DNA of 64,000 nt from an uncultured delta proteobacterium (GTDB lineage Bacteria > Desulfobacterota > Desulfobacteria > Desulfobacterales > SG8-13): NCBI GenBank assembly GCA_963848135.1, contig CAWKCK010000017.1, positions 62,001 to 126,000 on the forward strand, read 5' to 3'. A model generated the notes under the pieces. The model was given only the letters and a program-made list of their open reading frames with translations, did no database searches and was not told where the DNA came from. Below are positions 1 to 9,946 of the stretch, piece after piece. How positions within the stretch are numbered: position 1 is the stretch's first letter; every line of letters starts with the position of its first letter. Both the position numbers and the translations under genes were made by a program.

Positions 1-1113
1 ACCCATACTCACGCTGCCATGGCCTGCTTCCGGGGACTGGCCGACGATTTACCCTTGATGAACTGGCTCAACGATCATATTTTCCCGGCCGAGTCCCAGC
101 TCGACGATGACACCGTTTTCAGTGGTTCGTTGCTGGCGTGCGCTGAAATGATCCGATCCGGCATCACCTGTTTTTGCGACATGTATCTGTTCGAAAATGC
201 CGTGGCCCGAGCCGCGAGTGGGGCCGGCATGCGCGCGGTGGTGGGCGAGGTCCTGTTCGATTTCCCTTCACCCAATTATGGACCGATAGACAATGGGTTT
301 TCCTACACCGAACAACTGATTGAAACCTGGCGGGATGATCCGTTGGTCACCATTGCCGTGGAACCGCATTCTCCCTATCTTTGTGCACCCGATCTGCTCA
401 AGCGGGCCAGTGCCCTGGCCAGAGAAAACGGGCTGCCGCTGGTCATCCACCTGGCGGAAACCGAACATGAAGTGTCGCAAATTCGAGACAAGTATCATCT
501 CACACCGGTCGGCCTGCTGGCCGAACTCGGGATCTTGGGCGCGAACCTGCTGGCCTGCCACTGCGTGGTTCTGGATGCCAGCGACATCGACCTGTTAAAA
601 CAATTCGATGTCAAGGTCTCCCACAATGCCGAAAGTAACATGAAGCTGGCATCAGGGATTGCTCCGGTGCCGCAGATGTTGCAGGCAGGCATCTGTGTTG
701 GTATCGGTACCGACGGCTGCGCCAGCAACAACAACCTCGATCTTCTCCTGGAGATGGACACCGTTGCCAAACTTCACAAGGTCAACACCCTCGATCCCAC
801 TGTATTGGACGCTCTCACTGTTTTGCGAATGGCCACCATAGACGGTGCCCGGGCATTGGGTCTCGATCGGATCACCGGTTCATTAGAGGTCGGTAAGGCT
901 GCCGACCTGATTGTCATCGACACAAGGAAGCCCCATTTGACGCCCATGTATAACCCGGTCTCGCATCTGGTCTATGCCGCCAGGGGCAGTGATGTCGCTG
1001 CAGTGGTTATCAACGGCAGAGTGGTCATGGAGAACGGCAGCCTGCTGACCTTAGACGAGCAACAGGTGATGGCAGACGTCAACCGTATTGCTGAGCGGTT
1101 CCGCAATCGGTGA
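1..1113 (+). CDS. mtaD: Amidohydrolase, MTA/SAH (5'-deoxyadenosine) deaminase family; 5'-partial
   Basis: The frame is open from base 1 (THTHAAM, metal-binding HxH). Motifs FRGLADDLPL, HSPY, IHLAET, HNAESNMKLASG, GTDGCASNN and GSLEVGKAAD. Confidence 0.8.
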   Translation, partial: THTHAAMACFRGLADDLPLMNWLNDHIFPAESQLDDDTVFSGSLLACAEMIRSGITCFCDMYLFENAVARAASGAGMRAVVGEVLFDFPSPNYGPIDNGFSYTEQLIETWRDDPLVTIAVEPHSPYLCAPDLLKRASALARENGLPLVIHLAETEHEVSQIRDKYHLTPVGLLAELGILGANLLACHCVVLDASDIDLLKQFDVKVSHNAESNMKLASGIAPVPQMLQAGICVGIGTDGCASNNNLDLLLEMDTVAKLHKVNTLDPTVLDALTVLRMATIDGARALGLDRITGSLEVGKAADLIVIDTRKPHLTPMYNPVSHLVYAARGSDVAAVVINGRVVMENGSLLTLDEQQVMADVNRIAERFRNR

Positions 1114-1125
1114 GCATGTAGATAC

Positions 1126-1374
1126 CCGGGTCCAGAGGGCCCGGCACTGGTTCCTCCCTGAAAGGGAGTGTTGGTTTTATTACATCAAAGTGACTGAAGT
1201 GGACTAAAATGAGCTAAAGTGCCTAAAGTTAAGGAATTCTATCTCTTTTTATAAACGACAGAGCGAAGCGATACGTAAACTTTAGATCACTTATAACTCA
1301 TTTTAGTTCACTCCACACTTTGTATTATTTTCTTGGCAGAGCCCATTATCTCTGACCTGGCCCAAAGGACCCGG
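1126..1374. repeat. Nested inverted-repeat (MITE-like) intergenic element
   Basis: Outer imperfect IR 1126-1144 / 1356-1374. Inner ~44-bp imperfect IR 1187-1230 / 1278-1321, built from CTAAAGT-like units. Confidence 0.7.
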
Positions 1375-1421
1375 TTTTGGATACAGAATAAAATTCGGCA
1401 TTCTTCCTTCAATAGCCCAAC

Positions 1422-2750
1422 ATGCGCTACGACATCGTCATCCACAACGGCACTGTTCTCACCGTAGACGATCAATTCACGATCCTCGAAAACGGTTTGA
1501 TTTGCATTGTCGATGGCCGGATCGTGCGAATCGCGCCCATTTCATCTGATGACCGGCCGATTCCGGATGCAAAAAAAGTCATTGACGCCGCGGGAGGAAT
1601 CATCCTGCCTGGCCTCGTCAACACCCACACCCACCTCCCAATGACGCTTTTCCGCGGCCTGGCTGACGACCTGCCTCTCAATCAGTGGCTCGAGGAGGTC
1701 ATATTCCCGGCCGAGACCGCACACATGAGGCCGGGAATTGTCCGGATCGGCACGTCTCTGGCCTGCCTGGAAATGCTCCTCTCCGGTACGACCACCTGTT
1801 GTGACGGTTATTTTTTTGAGGACGACGTGGCCCAGACTGTGGCAGACTGCGGTTTACGGGGTGTCCTGGGACAGGGGGTCATCGATTTTGCGGCCCCGGG
1901 AATCGAGACCCCCAGCGATGCCATCGCCATGGTCGAGCGATTTGCTGTGAAATGGAAATCCAGATCCCCGTTGATCCGCCCGTCTGTTTTCTGTCATTCC
2001 CCTTACACCTGTTCCGCGGAAACCCTGACGGCAGCAAAACACGTGGCCGATGAACACGGCCTGCTCTTTCAAATCCATGTTGCCGAAACCCGTGCCGAGC
2101 ACGAAACAATCGGTGCACGGCATCGAACCTCGCCCATTGGATATCTGGATCGTCTCGGTCTCATCGGCCCGAACTGCCTGCTGGTGCACTGCGTGTGGAT
2201 TGACGATACCGACATTGCAGCGATCGCCCAGGGCAAAGCGATGGTGTCTCACAACGCGGAAAGCAACATGAAACTGGCCGCCGGCGTTGCCCCTCTCTCC
2301 CGGCTGCACGCCGCCGGGGTCACCGTCGGCATCGGTACCGACAGCTGCGCCAGCAACAACAACCTCGATCTGTTTCAGGCGATGGACATCACGGCCAAGC
2401 TGCACAAGGTCCACATCATGGATTCCACGGCAGCCGACGCCCGCACCGTACTCGAAATGGCCACACGGGACGGTGCCCGTGCCATTGGCCTGGAAGCGGA
2501 GATCGGATCGCTCGAAGCCGGCAAAAAGGCCGACCTGATCATCGTCGATATTCACCGCCCCCATATGGTACCAATGTATCATCCGGCCTCCCACGCGGTC
2601 TATGCCGCCAAGGGGAGCGACGTCAATACGGTGATCATAGACGGATGCCTGCTGGTTGAAAACGGCGCACCCGTTCACCTGAACAGTCTGGAAATCATGC
2701 AGCGAGCCAATTCGGTGGCGAAAATCATTGCTCAAAAGGACATTCCCTAA
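1422..2750 (+). CDS. mtaD: Amidohydrolase, MTA/SAH deaminase family (second tandem paralog)
   Basis: PGLVNTHTH, FRGLADDLPL, HSPY, IHVAET, HNAESNMKL and GTDSCASNN; 442 aa. Confidence 0.8.
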   Translation: MRYDIVIHNGTVLTVDDQFTILENGLICIVDGRIVRIAPISSDDRPIPDAKKVIDAAGGIILPGLVNTHTHLPMTLFRGLADDLPLNQWLEEVIFPAETAHMRPGIVRIGTSLACLEMLLSGTTTCCDGYFFEDDVAQTVADCGLRGVLGQGVIDFAAPGIETPSDAIAMVERFAVKWKSRSPLIRPSVFCHSPYTCSAETLTAAKHVADEHGLLFQIHVAETRAEHETIGARHRTSPIGYLDRLGLIGPNCLLVHCVWIDDTDIAAIAQGKAMVSHNAESNMKLAAGVAPLSRLHAAGVTVGIGTDSCASNNNLDLFQAMDITAKLHKVHIMDSTAADARTVLEMATRDGARAIGLEAEIGSLEAGKKADLIIVDIHRPHMVPMYHPASHAVYAAKGSDVNTVIIDGCLLVENGAPVHLNSLEIMQRANSVAKIIAQKDIP

Positions 2751-4462
2751 TGGAGCCAAAAGAAATTATCCGCTGTGCGCGCGGCGATCTACCGGCCGAC
2801 CTTCTGATCACCGGCGGACGTTTGCTGAATGTATTCAGTGGCGATATCCTACCGGGCAACATCGCCGTCAAGGACGGGGTCATCGCCGGCATCGGCGACT
2901 ACCGGTCCCGTCACACGGTGGATCTCGATGGCCGCTTTGTCGTACCGGGATTCATCGACGCCCACGTTCACATCGAAAGCTCGATGACCGGGGTAAGCGA
3001 GTTTTCCAGGGCCATCGTTCCCCACGGCACCACGACGGTAGTGGCCGACCCTCATGAAATCGCCAACGTTCTGGGTGTCGATGGCATCCGATACATGCTT
3101 TCGGTAAGCACCGGTGCGCCAATCAACGTCTACTTCATGCTCTCCTCCTGCGTGCCGGCCACCGACATGGAAACCGCCGGCGCCCGTCTGACGACCGATG
3201 ATCTGCAGCCATTGATTCATGAAGAACGTGTTCTCGGCCTGGCCGAGATGATGAATTTTCCCGGTGTGCTGTCCGCCGACCCGGACGTCTTGAGTAAAAT
3301 CGCCATGGCTCAAGATGCCCGCAAACCGATCGACGGGCACAGCCCAGGACTGTCGGGCGCCGCATTGAATGCCTATGTCGCTGCCGGAATATCGAGCGAC
3401 CATGAATGCACTACGGTCGAGGAGGCGCGTGAAAAGCTGCAGGCCGGCATGCACATCATGGTGCGCGAGGGAACCGCCGCCAAAAATCTTGCCGCGCTAC
3501 TGCCCCTAATCGACCTGCACACCTACCGCCGTATGATGTGGTGCACGGACGATCGCCATCCCCACGACTTGCTTGCCGAAGGGCACATCGATTTTATTGT
3601 TCGCAGTGCTATCGGCCAGGGCCTGGACCCGGTCATCGCGGTACAGATGGCGACCCTCAACCCGGCCGAATACTTCGGACTAAAGCATCTGGGAGCCATA
3701 GCCCCCGGCAGGCAGGCCGATTTTCTTATCCTTGACGATTTGAAAGAACTTGATGTCACGCAGGTCTACCGCCGTGGTCAACTGGTGGCAGACGGTGGCC
3801 GCATAGTTGGTGAGGATGTGAGGCCGCGACAGGATGATCCGCCCCGGGTAATGAACCTCATACCGGCGGCGATCGACTTTTCATTACCCGCCCGTGGCCG
3901 TTCGATGCGGGTCATTGACATCGTGCCCGACCAGATTATCACCCGCGAAGTCATTGTCCCCGTCCGGATAGAAGAGGGCCTGGCGGTCGCAGACCCGCAG
4001 CGGGACATTCTCAAAATCGCCGTGGTGGACCGCTACAGCGGCACCGGTCGCACCGGTTTGGCCTTTGTAAGGGGCTTGGGATTGAAGAAAGGGGCACTGG
4101 CATCCAGCGTGGCTCATGATTCCCACAATATCATTGTCATCGGAGCCGACGACCGCGACATGTCCATCGCCCTTCAAACCGTTGCTAAAAACGGTGGCGG
4201 CCTCGCAGTCATCTCCGCAGGCCTCCCCCGGGCTGTATTGCCCCTGCCGATCGGAGGTTTGATGTCGGACGCACCGCTGGAAAAGGTGTGCCAACACCTT
4301 GATGATTTGCTCAGCGCTGTTGGCCGACTGGGCAGTCCCCTAAAAAATCCTTTCATGACCTTGTCTTTTCTCGCCTTGCCGGTCATCCCGAAACTCAAAA
4401 TCACCGACCGAGGCTTGGTCGACGTGGAAAAATTCGAACGGGTGCCACTATTTGTCAATTAG
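2750..4462 (+). CDS. ade: Adenine deaminase
   Basis: PGFIDAHVHIESS, DPHEIANV, LAEMMNFPG, DGHSPG, DHECTT, TDDRHP and SVAHDSHN; 570 aa. Overlaps the previous stop (TAATG). Confidence 0.93.
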   Translation: MEPKEIIRCARGDLPADLLITGGRLLNVFSGDILPGNIAVKDGVIAGIGDYRSRHTVDLDGRFVVPGFIDAHVHIESSMTGVSEFSRAIVPHGTTTVVADPHEIANVLGVDGIRYMLSVSTGAPINVYFMLSSCVPATDMETAGARLTTDDLQPLIHEERVLGLAEMMNFPGVLSADPDVLSKIAMAQDARKPIDGHSPGLSGAALNAYVAAGISSDHECTTVEEAREKLQAGMHIMVREGTAAKNLAALLPLIDLHTYRRMMWCTDDRHPHDLLAEGHIDFIVRSAIGQGLDPVIAVQMATLNPAEYFGLKHLGAIAPGRQADFLILDDLKELDVTQVYRRGQLVADGGRIVGEDVRPRQDDPPRVMNLIPAAIDFSLPARGRSMRVIDIVPDQIITREVIVPVRIEEGLAVADPQRDILKIAVVDRYSGTGRTGLAFVRGLGLKKGALASSVAHDSHNIIVIGADDRDMSIALQTVAKNGGGLAVISAGLPRAVLPLPIGGLMSDAPLEKVCQHLDDLLSAVGRLGSPLKNPFMTLSFLALPVIPKLKITDRGLVDVEKFERVPLFVN

Positions 4463-4553
4463 CAATATTTGTCTTAATTAATTATGGTTAACTACGATTA
4501 TGTCATGTAAAATATTATATATATGAGAAGGAACCAATAGAAAGGATGGCCAA

Positions 4554-5648
4554 GTGACAAACAATACCGCCCCCAAACGGCCGATCTGGCTGGATGAAAG
4601 CACTGATACGGTCAGGATCATCGATCAAAGACGCTTGCCGCATGAGCTGGCCATAATGGAACTGACGAAGCCGCTCGATGCCGTGCATGCCATAAAGGAC
4701 ATGTGTGTCCGGGGGGCGCCGCTGATCGGCGTGACGGCCGCCTACGGGGTATTTCTGGCAGCGCGTGCCGCACAGGGGGATCTGCAGGCTATCGGCGATT
4801 TCTGCCATACACTCAAGGCAGCCCGGCCCACGGCGATCAACCTGGCTTGGGCAGTCGACCGAATGCGTACAGCACTGTCGAAGGCAAAGGGAGTCGAAGC
4901 TCAAATCGCCATCGCCCGCAATGAGGCCGCTGTCATCGCCGAGGAAGAGGTTGAGAACTGTCGCCGTATCGGAGAACACGGAGTAGCCCTCATCGAAGCC
5001 GTCAATCAAAGCAAGAATGGCCAATCGGTTAATGTGCTGACCCATTGCAATGCCGGCTGGCTGGCCTGTGTCGAATACGGCACCGCGACGGCACCGATTT
5101 ACACGGCCCACGACCGCGGGCTGCCGATCCATGTCTGGGTCGACGAAACCCGCCCCCTCAACCAGGGGTCCCGCCTGACGGCCTGGGAATTGTCACAATC
5201 CGGCGTGCCGCATACCGTAATCGCCGACAACACCGGCGGCCACCTGATGCAGCATGGCATGGTTGACATGGTGATCGTCGGCACCGACCGCACCACCTGT
5301 ACCGGCGATGTAGCGAACAAAATCGGAACCTATCTCAAAGCCCTGGCTGCGAGAGACAACGGGATCCCTTTCTACGTGGCCTTGCCCTCCAGCACCTTTG
5401 ATTGGCAATTGCGGGATGGACTCAGAGAAATCCCCGTGGAGGAGCGCAATCCGGATGAATTGCGGTACGTGCAGGGCGCAGACGGCCATAGCATCCGCAG
5501 TGTCCTGGTGCCCCCGGAAAGCAGCCCCGCGGCCAATTATGCTTTCGATGTCACCCCGGCGCGGCTGGTGACAGGCTTCATCACCGAGCGCGGCATATGC
5601 CGGTCAACCGAATCCGATATCCGGCGACTATTTCCCGAAAAGAAGTAA
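4554..5648 (+). CDS. mtnA: S-methyl-5-thioribose-1-phosphate isomerase
   Basis: VRGAPLIG, ARPTAINL, LTHCNAGWLA, DETRPLNQGSRLTAWEL, GDVANKIGTY and FDVTPARLVT. Confidence 0.95.
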   Translation: MTNNTAPKRPIWLDESTDTVRIIDQRRLPHELAIMELTKPLDAVHAIKDMCVRGAPLIGVTAAYGVFLAARAAQGDLQAIGDFCHTLKAARPTAINLAWAVDRMRTALSKAKGVEAQIAIARNEAAVIAEEEVENCRRIGEHGVALIEAVNQSKNGQSVNVLTHCNAGWLACVEYGTATAPIYTAHDRGLPIHVWVDETRPLNQGSRLTAWELSQSGVPHTVIADNTGGHLMQHGMVDMVIVGTDRTTCTGDVANKIGTYLKALAARDNGIPFYVALPSSTFDWQLRDGLREIPVEERNPDELRYVQGADGHSIRSVLVPPESSPAANYAFDVTPARLVTGFITERGICRSTESDIRRLFPEKK

Positions 5649-5679
5649 TCCCGGTTGTTCGGAAGCCTGGATGGCAAAT

Positions 5680-5828
5680 CCCGTAACCCGCAATTTCAAA
5701 GCTCAAAGTTGAAAGCTCAAGGCTGAAAGGGAAAAAAGAAAGGGTCCAAGGGTTCAAGGATTCGCGGTGGAAAAAAAGAGCGATGGGTTGGAGACAACCC
5801 GTAACACGTAACCCACAACCCGTAACCC
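5680..5828. repeat. Cluster of short degenerate tandem repeats (7-mers and 8-mers)
   Basis: AAAGCTC-like x4-5 (5698-5730), GGGTTCAA-like x2-3 (~5742-5764) and AACCCGT-like x4-5 (5796-5828). Confidence 0.7.
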
Positions 5829-5864
5829 TTGACTTCTTCACCGGAACCATTCTAAAAAAGGGCC

Positions 5865-6365
5865 ATGCTCACGGAACTCGACAAAAAAGTCATTGCCGCC
5901 ATTCAGGGCGACATCATCGTTGCTCGGCGCCCCTATCGGCAGATCGCCGATAGCCTCAACATATCCGAAGAACAACTCCTGGAGGTTCTTCAACGCCTCT
6001 GTGACCGCGGTGTGATCCGGCGTTTCGGGGCCACCATCCGGCACCAGAAATCCGGATTCGCTGCTAACGCCATGGGTGCATGGCAAGTGGACGAAGACCG
6101 CATTGAGGCGGTGGGAAAAATCATGGCCGGGTTTAAGCAGGTTTCACACTGCTATCGGCGCAACCCCACTAATAACTGGCCTTACAATCTCTACACCATG
6201 ATTCATGCCAGGGACAAAGCGTCCTGCCAGGAAACGGCCCGCAAAATGTCAGAAAAATCAGGCGTCGACAAATTCGCTCTCCTATTCAGCCGCAGGGAAC
6301 TGAAAAAGACCTCGATGCATTATTTCTCGGAAGACACCGGCAGCGAGGATGACACGAAAAACTGA
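5865..6365 (+). CDS. ahbB: Siroheme decarboxylase beta subunit (AhbB/NirH, Lrp/AsnC-like fold)
   Basis: RRFGATIRHQKSGF, VSHCYRR, WPYNLYTMIH and ELKKTSM motifs. Confidence 0.85.
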   Translation: MLTELDKKVIAAIQGDIIVARRPYRQIADSLNISEEQLLEVLQRLCDRGVIRRFGATIRHQKSGFAANAMGAWQVDEDRIEAVGKIMAGFKQVSHCYRRNPTNNWPYNLYTMIHARDKASCQETARKMSEKSGVDKFALLFSRRELKKTSMHYFSEDTGSEDDTKN

Positions 6366-6404
6366 TTGCACCGTTTCAACAATCCCCACCAGCCAACCTA
6401 CCGA

Positions 6405-7742
6405 ATGAAAAACGCCCCCCACATCCTTTTGGTCAACCCTTGGATCCACGATTTCGCCGCCTATGACTTTTGGGCCAAGCCCGCAGGGCTCTTGGCGCTC
6501 GCCGCGCTGTTGCGGCTCCATGGTTATGCCGTTTCCTTCATTGATTGTCTGGACCGATTCCATGCCCGAACAACCAAGGTCGACCCTGCGGCACGTTTTG
6601 GTCGCGGACCCTACCTGAAAACCTGTATTCCAAAACCGAAGGGCCTGACTGACATTCCGCGCCATTTTTCCCGCTACGGCATCAAGCCCGCCTGGTTCCG
6701 GGAAGACATCGACGCCCTCCCCCGCCCCGATATGATTCTGGTTACATCGATGATGACCTACTGGTATCCCGGCGTCCGGGAAACGATCTCGATCCTGCGC
6801 GAACGCTTACCGGGTATACCCCTGGTTCTTGGCGGCATCTATGCGACGCTTTGCCACGATCACGCCCGCCAGACGTCCGGGGCCGATCTGGTCTTCAAGG
6901 GCCCAGCCGAAAACGTGCTACTAAAATTGGTCGGAGAATTTACCGGATATCACCCCAGCGCGAAGTTCGATCCCGATGATCTGAACACCTACCCGTACCC
7001 GGCTTTTGACCTTCAACCCCATATGGGTTATGTTCCACTGCTCACATCCAAAGGTTGCCCGTTCACTTGCGCCTATTGCGCGGCGAAGGTGCTGAATCCC
7101 GACCGCAGAAACCGTAATCCAAAACAGGTGGTTGAAGAAATTGACTACTGGCAGCGGCGGTGGGGCATCGAAAATTTCGTTTTCTATGACGATGCTTTAC
7201 TCATGGATCCCGAGCGCCATGCGGCCCTAATCTTTGAGGGCGTCATCCGATCGGGGCTAAAGGTAAGGTTCCATACCCCCAATGCCCTTCACATCCGCTG
7301 GATCTCCCCAAAGATTGCCCGACTGATGCAACGGGCAGGTTTCGAAACGATCCGCCTCGGCCTCGAAACCGCCCGCACCGACAATCGACCGGAGCACGAC
7401 CCCAAGGTGTCGATGGAAGAGTTTCATCAGGCGATCGCCAACTTGAAGGCGGCCGGATTCCAAAAACACCAGATCGGGGTTTATCTTCTCGTAGGACTTC
7501 CCGGTCAATCGTCCGAGGAGACAAACTCATCGATCCAAACGGTCAAAAACAGTGACGTCCGCCCGGTACTGGCCCACTATACCCCCATTCCCCACACAGC
7601 ACTCTGGCCATCGGCTGTCGCAGCTTCCCGTTACGATCTTGAATCGGATCCGATTTTTACCAACAACGCCGTCTTTCCCTGTCAGAAGGATTCATTCTCA
7701 TGGGAGAGTGTCGCTGAATTGAAAAAGCATGCTGCCGATTGA
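6405..7742 (+). CDS. B12-binding-domain radical SAM protein
   Basis: ILLVNPWIHDF N-terminus, LGGIYAT, SKGCPFTCAYC (CxxxCxxC) and FYDDAL. ATG at 6405 is preferred over TTG at 6366. Confidence 0.85.
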   Translation: MKNAPHILLVNPWIHDFAAYDFWAKPAGLLALAALLRLHGYAVSFIDCLDRFHARTTKVDPAARFGRGPYLKTCIPKPKGLTDIPRHFSRYGIKPAWFREDIDALPRPDMILVTSMMTYWYPGVRETISILRERLPGIPLVLGGIYATLCHDHARQTSGADLVFKGPAENVLLKLVGEFTGYHPSAKFDPDDLNTYPYPAFDLQPHMGYVPLLTSKGCPFTCAYCAAKVLNPDRRNRNPKQVVEEIDYWQRRWGIENFVFYDDALLMDPERHAALIFEGVIRSGLKVRFHTPNALHIRWISPKIARLMQRAGFETIRLGLETARTDNRPEHDPKVSMEEFHQAIANLKAAGFQKHQIGVYLLVGLPGQSSEETNSSIQTVKNSDVRPVLAHYTPIPHTALWPSAVAASRYDLESDPIFTNNAVFPCQKDSFSWESVAELKKHAAD

Positions 7743-7918
7743 AATCTTGCAGGATATTGGTATCCAATCTGACTTGACTAGAAGTTGAAAACTATATCCA
7801 CAGTTATTCATGCGAGGCACAAAGTACTTTCTATCATAAAGTGAAAAAACCGAACTTCCCCCTGGGACCTAATTTCTTTCAAAATTGAGCGCCAACCCGC
7901 CATTCGCCACGCTTCCGC

Positions 7919-7947
7919 TTGACAGCAGTTTCACCCACCGGTATGGT
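7919..7947 (+). promoter_or_regulatory. Putative sigma70 promoter of pepA
   Basis: TTGACA-17 bp-TATGGT, followed by an AAGGAG RBS before ATG 7996. Confidence 0.55.
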
Positions 7948-7995
7948 GCATAGACACCACAAAGATTCTGACCTCATAGAAAAGGAGAGACGCCC

Positions 7996-9468
7996 ATGGT
8001 CTATCTGAAACAACTTGAACCGGCGGCCGCTGAAACCGACATGCTGGTCGTTCTGGTTTGCGAGGATGTCGAACTGAATGACCACCCCCTCCTCTCTTCC
8101 ATAGTGGCTCGGTTTCAAAAACTCAGCGAGTTCAAAGGCGCAAAAGGGGATGAGGTCGTCCTGTACGATCCTGCCGGCACCAAGGCGCGTCGCGCTCTTT
8201 TGGTCGGGCTGGGACCGGCAGCGAAAATAGATCGCGAAGCCCTGCGATCGGCGGCTGGACGAGTTGTAAAAGGCGCGATCAAGAAAAAGCTGAAAGACAT
8301 CTCGTTTATCATTCCCAGCCTAACGCCTCCGGGGATTGAGATCGAAACCCTCGTCGAGGCAATGATGGAAGGGGCCGGCCTTGCGAATCACCGCTTAGGT
8401 CACTATAAAACCAAAAAAGACCCTATTTCTCTGAAAAGGATCGACTTCCTTGTCCCACCAGACACGGCCAGAGCCTTGAAGAAACTGCCCGCAAAAGTGA
8501 CGGCCATCTGCCAGAACAGCCTCCTGGCACGCGACTGGGTCAATCTTCCGTCCAATGACAAACTGCCCGCAGCGTTGGCGAAGGACATCGCCGGCCACGC
8601 CCGCAAAGCCGGCCTCCAGGTAACGATTCTCGGCAAGAAGGAACTACAAAAACAAAAATGTGGCGCCATTCTGGCCGTGTCTGCGGCCAGCCAGAGCACC
8701 CCGGCCATGGTGGTTCTCTCCTACGCTCCCAAGGGCGCCAAACAAACCGTGGCCCTTATCGGTAAGGGGGTGACTTTCGACTCCGGTGGTATGAATCTGA
8801 AGACCACAAAAATACTGAACATGATGAAGGTCGATATGGCCGGAGCCGCTGCGGTGGCCGCTTCGCTTATGACTGTTGCCAAACTGAAGCCGAAGTTGAA
8901 AGTTATCGGTGTCCTGCCCCTATGCGAAAACATGCTGTCTGGCTCGGCAACCCGCTCAGGCGATATCATTCGTACTCACAGTGGTAAAACAGTCGAGATC
9001 GGCAATACCGATGCCGAAGGCCGATTGATTCTGGCCGATGCCATGTCTTATACCAGAAAACGATTTAAACCGGATGTGGTTGTAGATGTCGCCACCCTGA
9101 CCGGCGCCTGTGTCACGGCTTTGGGCGAAGGCATCGCCGGTCTGTTCTCAAACGATGACAACCTGGCAGAAAAGATTCTGCAGTCCGCCGAAATAACGCA
9201 TGAACGTTGCTGGCGGATGCCACTGCCGGAGGACTACAAAGACCTGCTTAAAAGTGATCTGGCGGACATCAACAACATGCCCAAGACTCCCAGGGGCGCC
9301 GCCATCACAGCGGCGCTTTTCCTGTCGGAATTTGCCGGTGAGACCCCTTGGGCCCATATCGACATTGCCGGACCGGCGTACCGCAAGAACGGCAGCGACT
9401 ACTGCGGTCCGGGAGCCACCGGCTTTGGCGTTCGTCTTTTATGTGAACTGATCAACCGGCTCGAATAA
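7996..9468 (+). CDS. pepA: Leucyl aminopeptidase (M17)
   Basis: GKGVTFDSGG, MKVDMAGAA, NTDAEGRLILAD, ATLTGAC and WAHIDIAG. Confidence 0.95.
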   Translation: MVYLKQLEPAAAETDMLVVLVCEDVELNDHPLLSSIVARFQKLSEFKGAKGDEVVLYDPAGTKARRALLVGLGPAAKIDREALRSAAGRVVKGAIKKKLKDISFIIPSLTPPGIEIETLVEAMMEGAGLANHRLGHYKTKKDPISLKRIDFLVPPDTARALKKLPAKVTAICQNSLLARDWVNLPSNDKLPAALAKDIAGHARKAGLQVTILGKKELQKQKCGAILAVSAASQSTPAMVVLSYAPKGAKQTVALIGKGVTFDSGGMNLKTTKILNMMKVDMAGAAAVAASLMTVAKLKPKLKVIGVLPLCENMLSGSATRSGDIIRTHSGKTVEIGNTDAEGRLILADAMSYTRKRFKPDVVVDVATLTGACVTALGEGIAGLFSNDDNLAEKILQSAEITHERCWRMPLPEDYKDLLKSDLADINNMPKTPRGAAITAALFLSEFAGETPWAHIDIAGPAYRKNGSDYCGPGATGFGVRLLCELINRLE

Positions 9469-9509
9469 TTGCGATTGTTTTCGCTTTATATCCCTCCAGA
9501 ATTATTTTA

Positions 9510-9716
9510 CCTAAAGTGATCGTTTCAAATTTTAAATGGAGGGGGAACTGTTTTATTAATAAGGAATTCTATCAGAGTTTGATTTTAAAATTTGAAACCC
9601 ATCGGGATTGCCGATCTTGCCGCATTACGGCGTCATATGCCGTCCTGCATAGCTGACTATAGCGGAACGACATCTTCCTTGTATCTGCGGCAACCTCGAC
9701 AATCGCTCAAATTAGG
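9510..9716. repeat. Composite palindromic MITE/REP-like element
   Basis: Perfect 15-bp IR 9522-9536 / 9584-9598; imperfect IR 9606-9624 / 9686-9704; outer ends CCTAAAGTGATCG / CGCTCAAATTAGG. Confidence 0.65.
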
Positions 9717-9743
9717 TTAGATTCACTTTTCGGGCCTATATGC

Positions 9744-9887
9744 ATGAACCGCTTTGTGCTGATCCTTTTTGCCGTCATCGGCTTTCTCGATCTGCTATAT
9801 GGCCTGTTCTTCCAGGACCGTATCAGCATCGTCGTCGGACTACTCATCACCGGCATTGCGATTTATGCTATAAAATCAAAAACATGA
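9744..9887 (+). CDS. Small two-TM membrane protein (47 aa; absent from the ORF track)
   Basis: Hand translation MNRFVLILFAVIGFLDLLYGLFFQDRISIVVGLLITGIAIYAIKSKT*: two hydrophobic helices and a basic tail. Confidence 0.55.
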   Translation: MNRFVLILFAVIGFLDLLYGLFFQDRISIVVGLLITGIAIYAIKSKT

Positions 9888-9946
9888 CCATTTCGATGCG
9901 GCCGATACATTCACGCAAGCCAAGTTAAATTTTGTATGGAAAGAAT

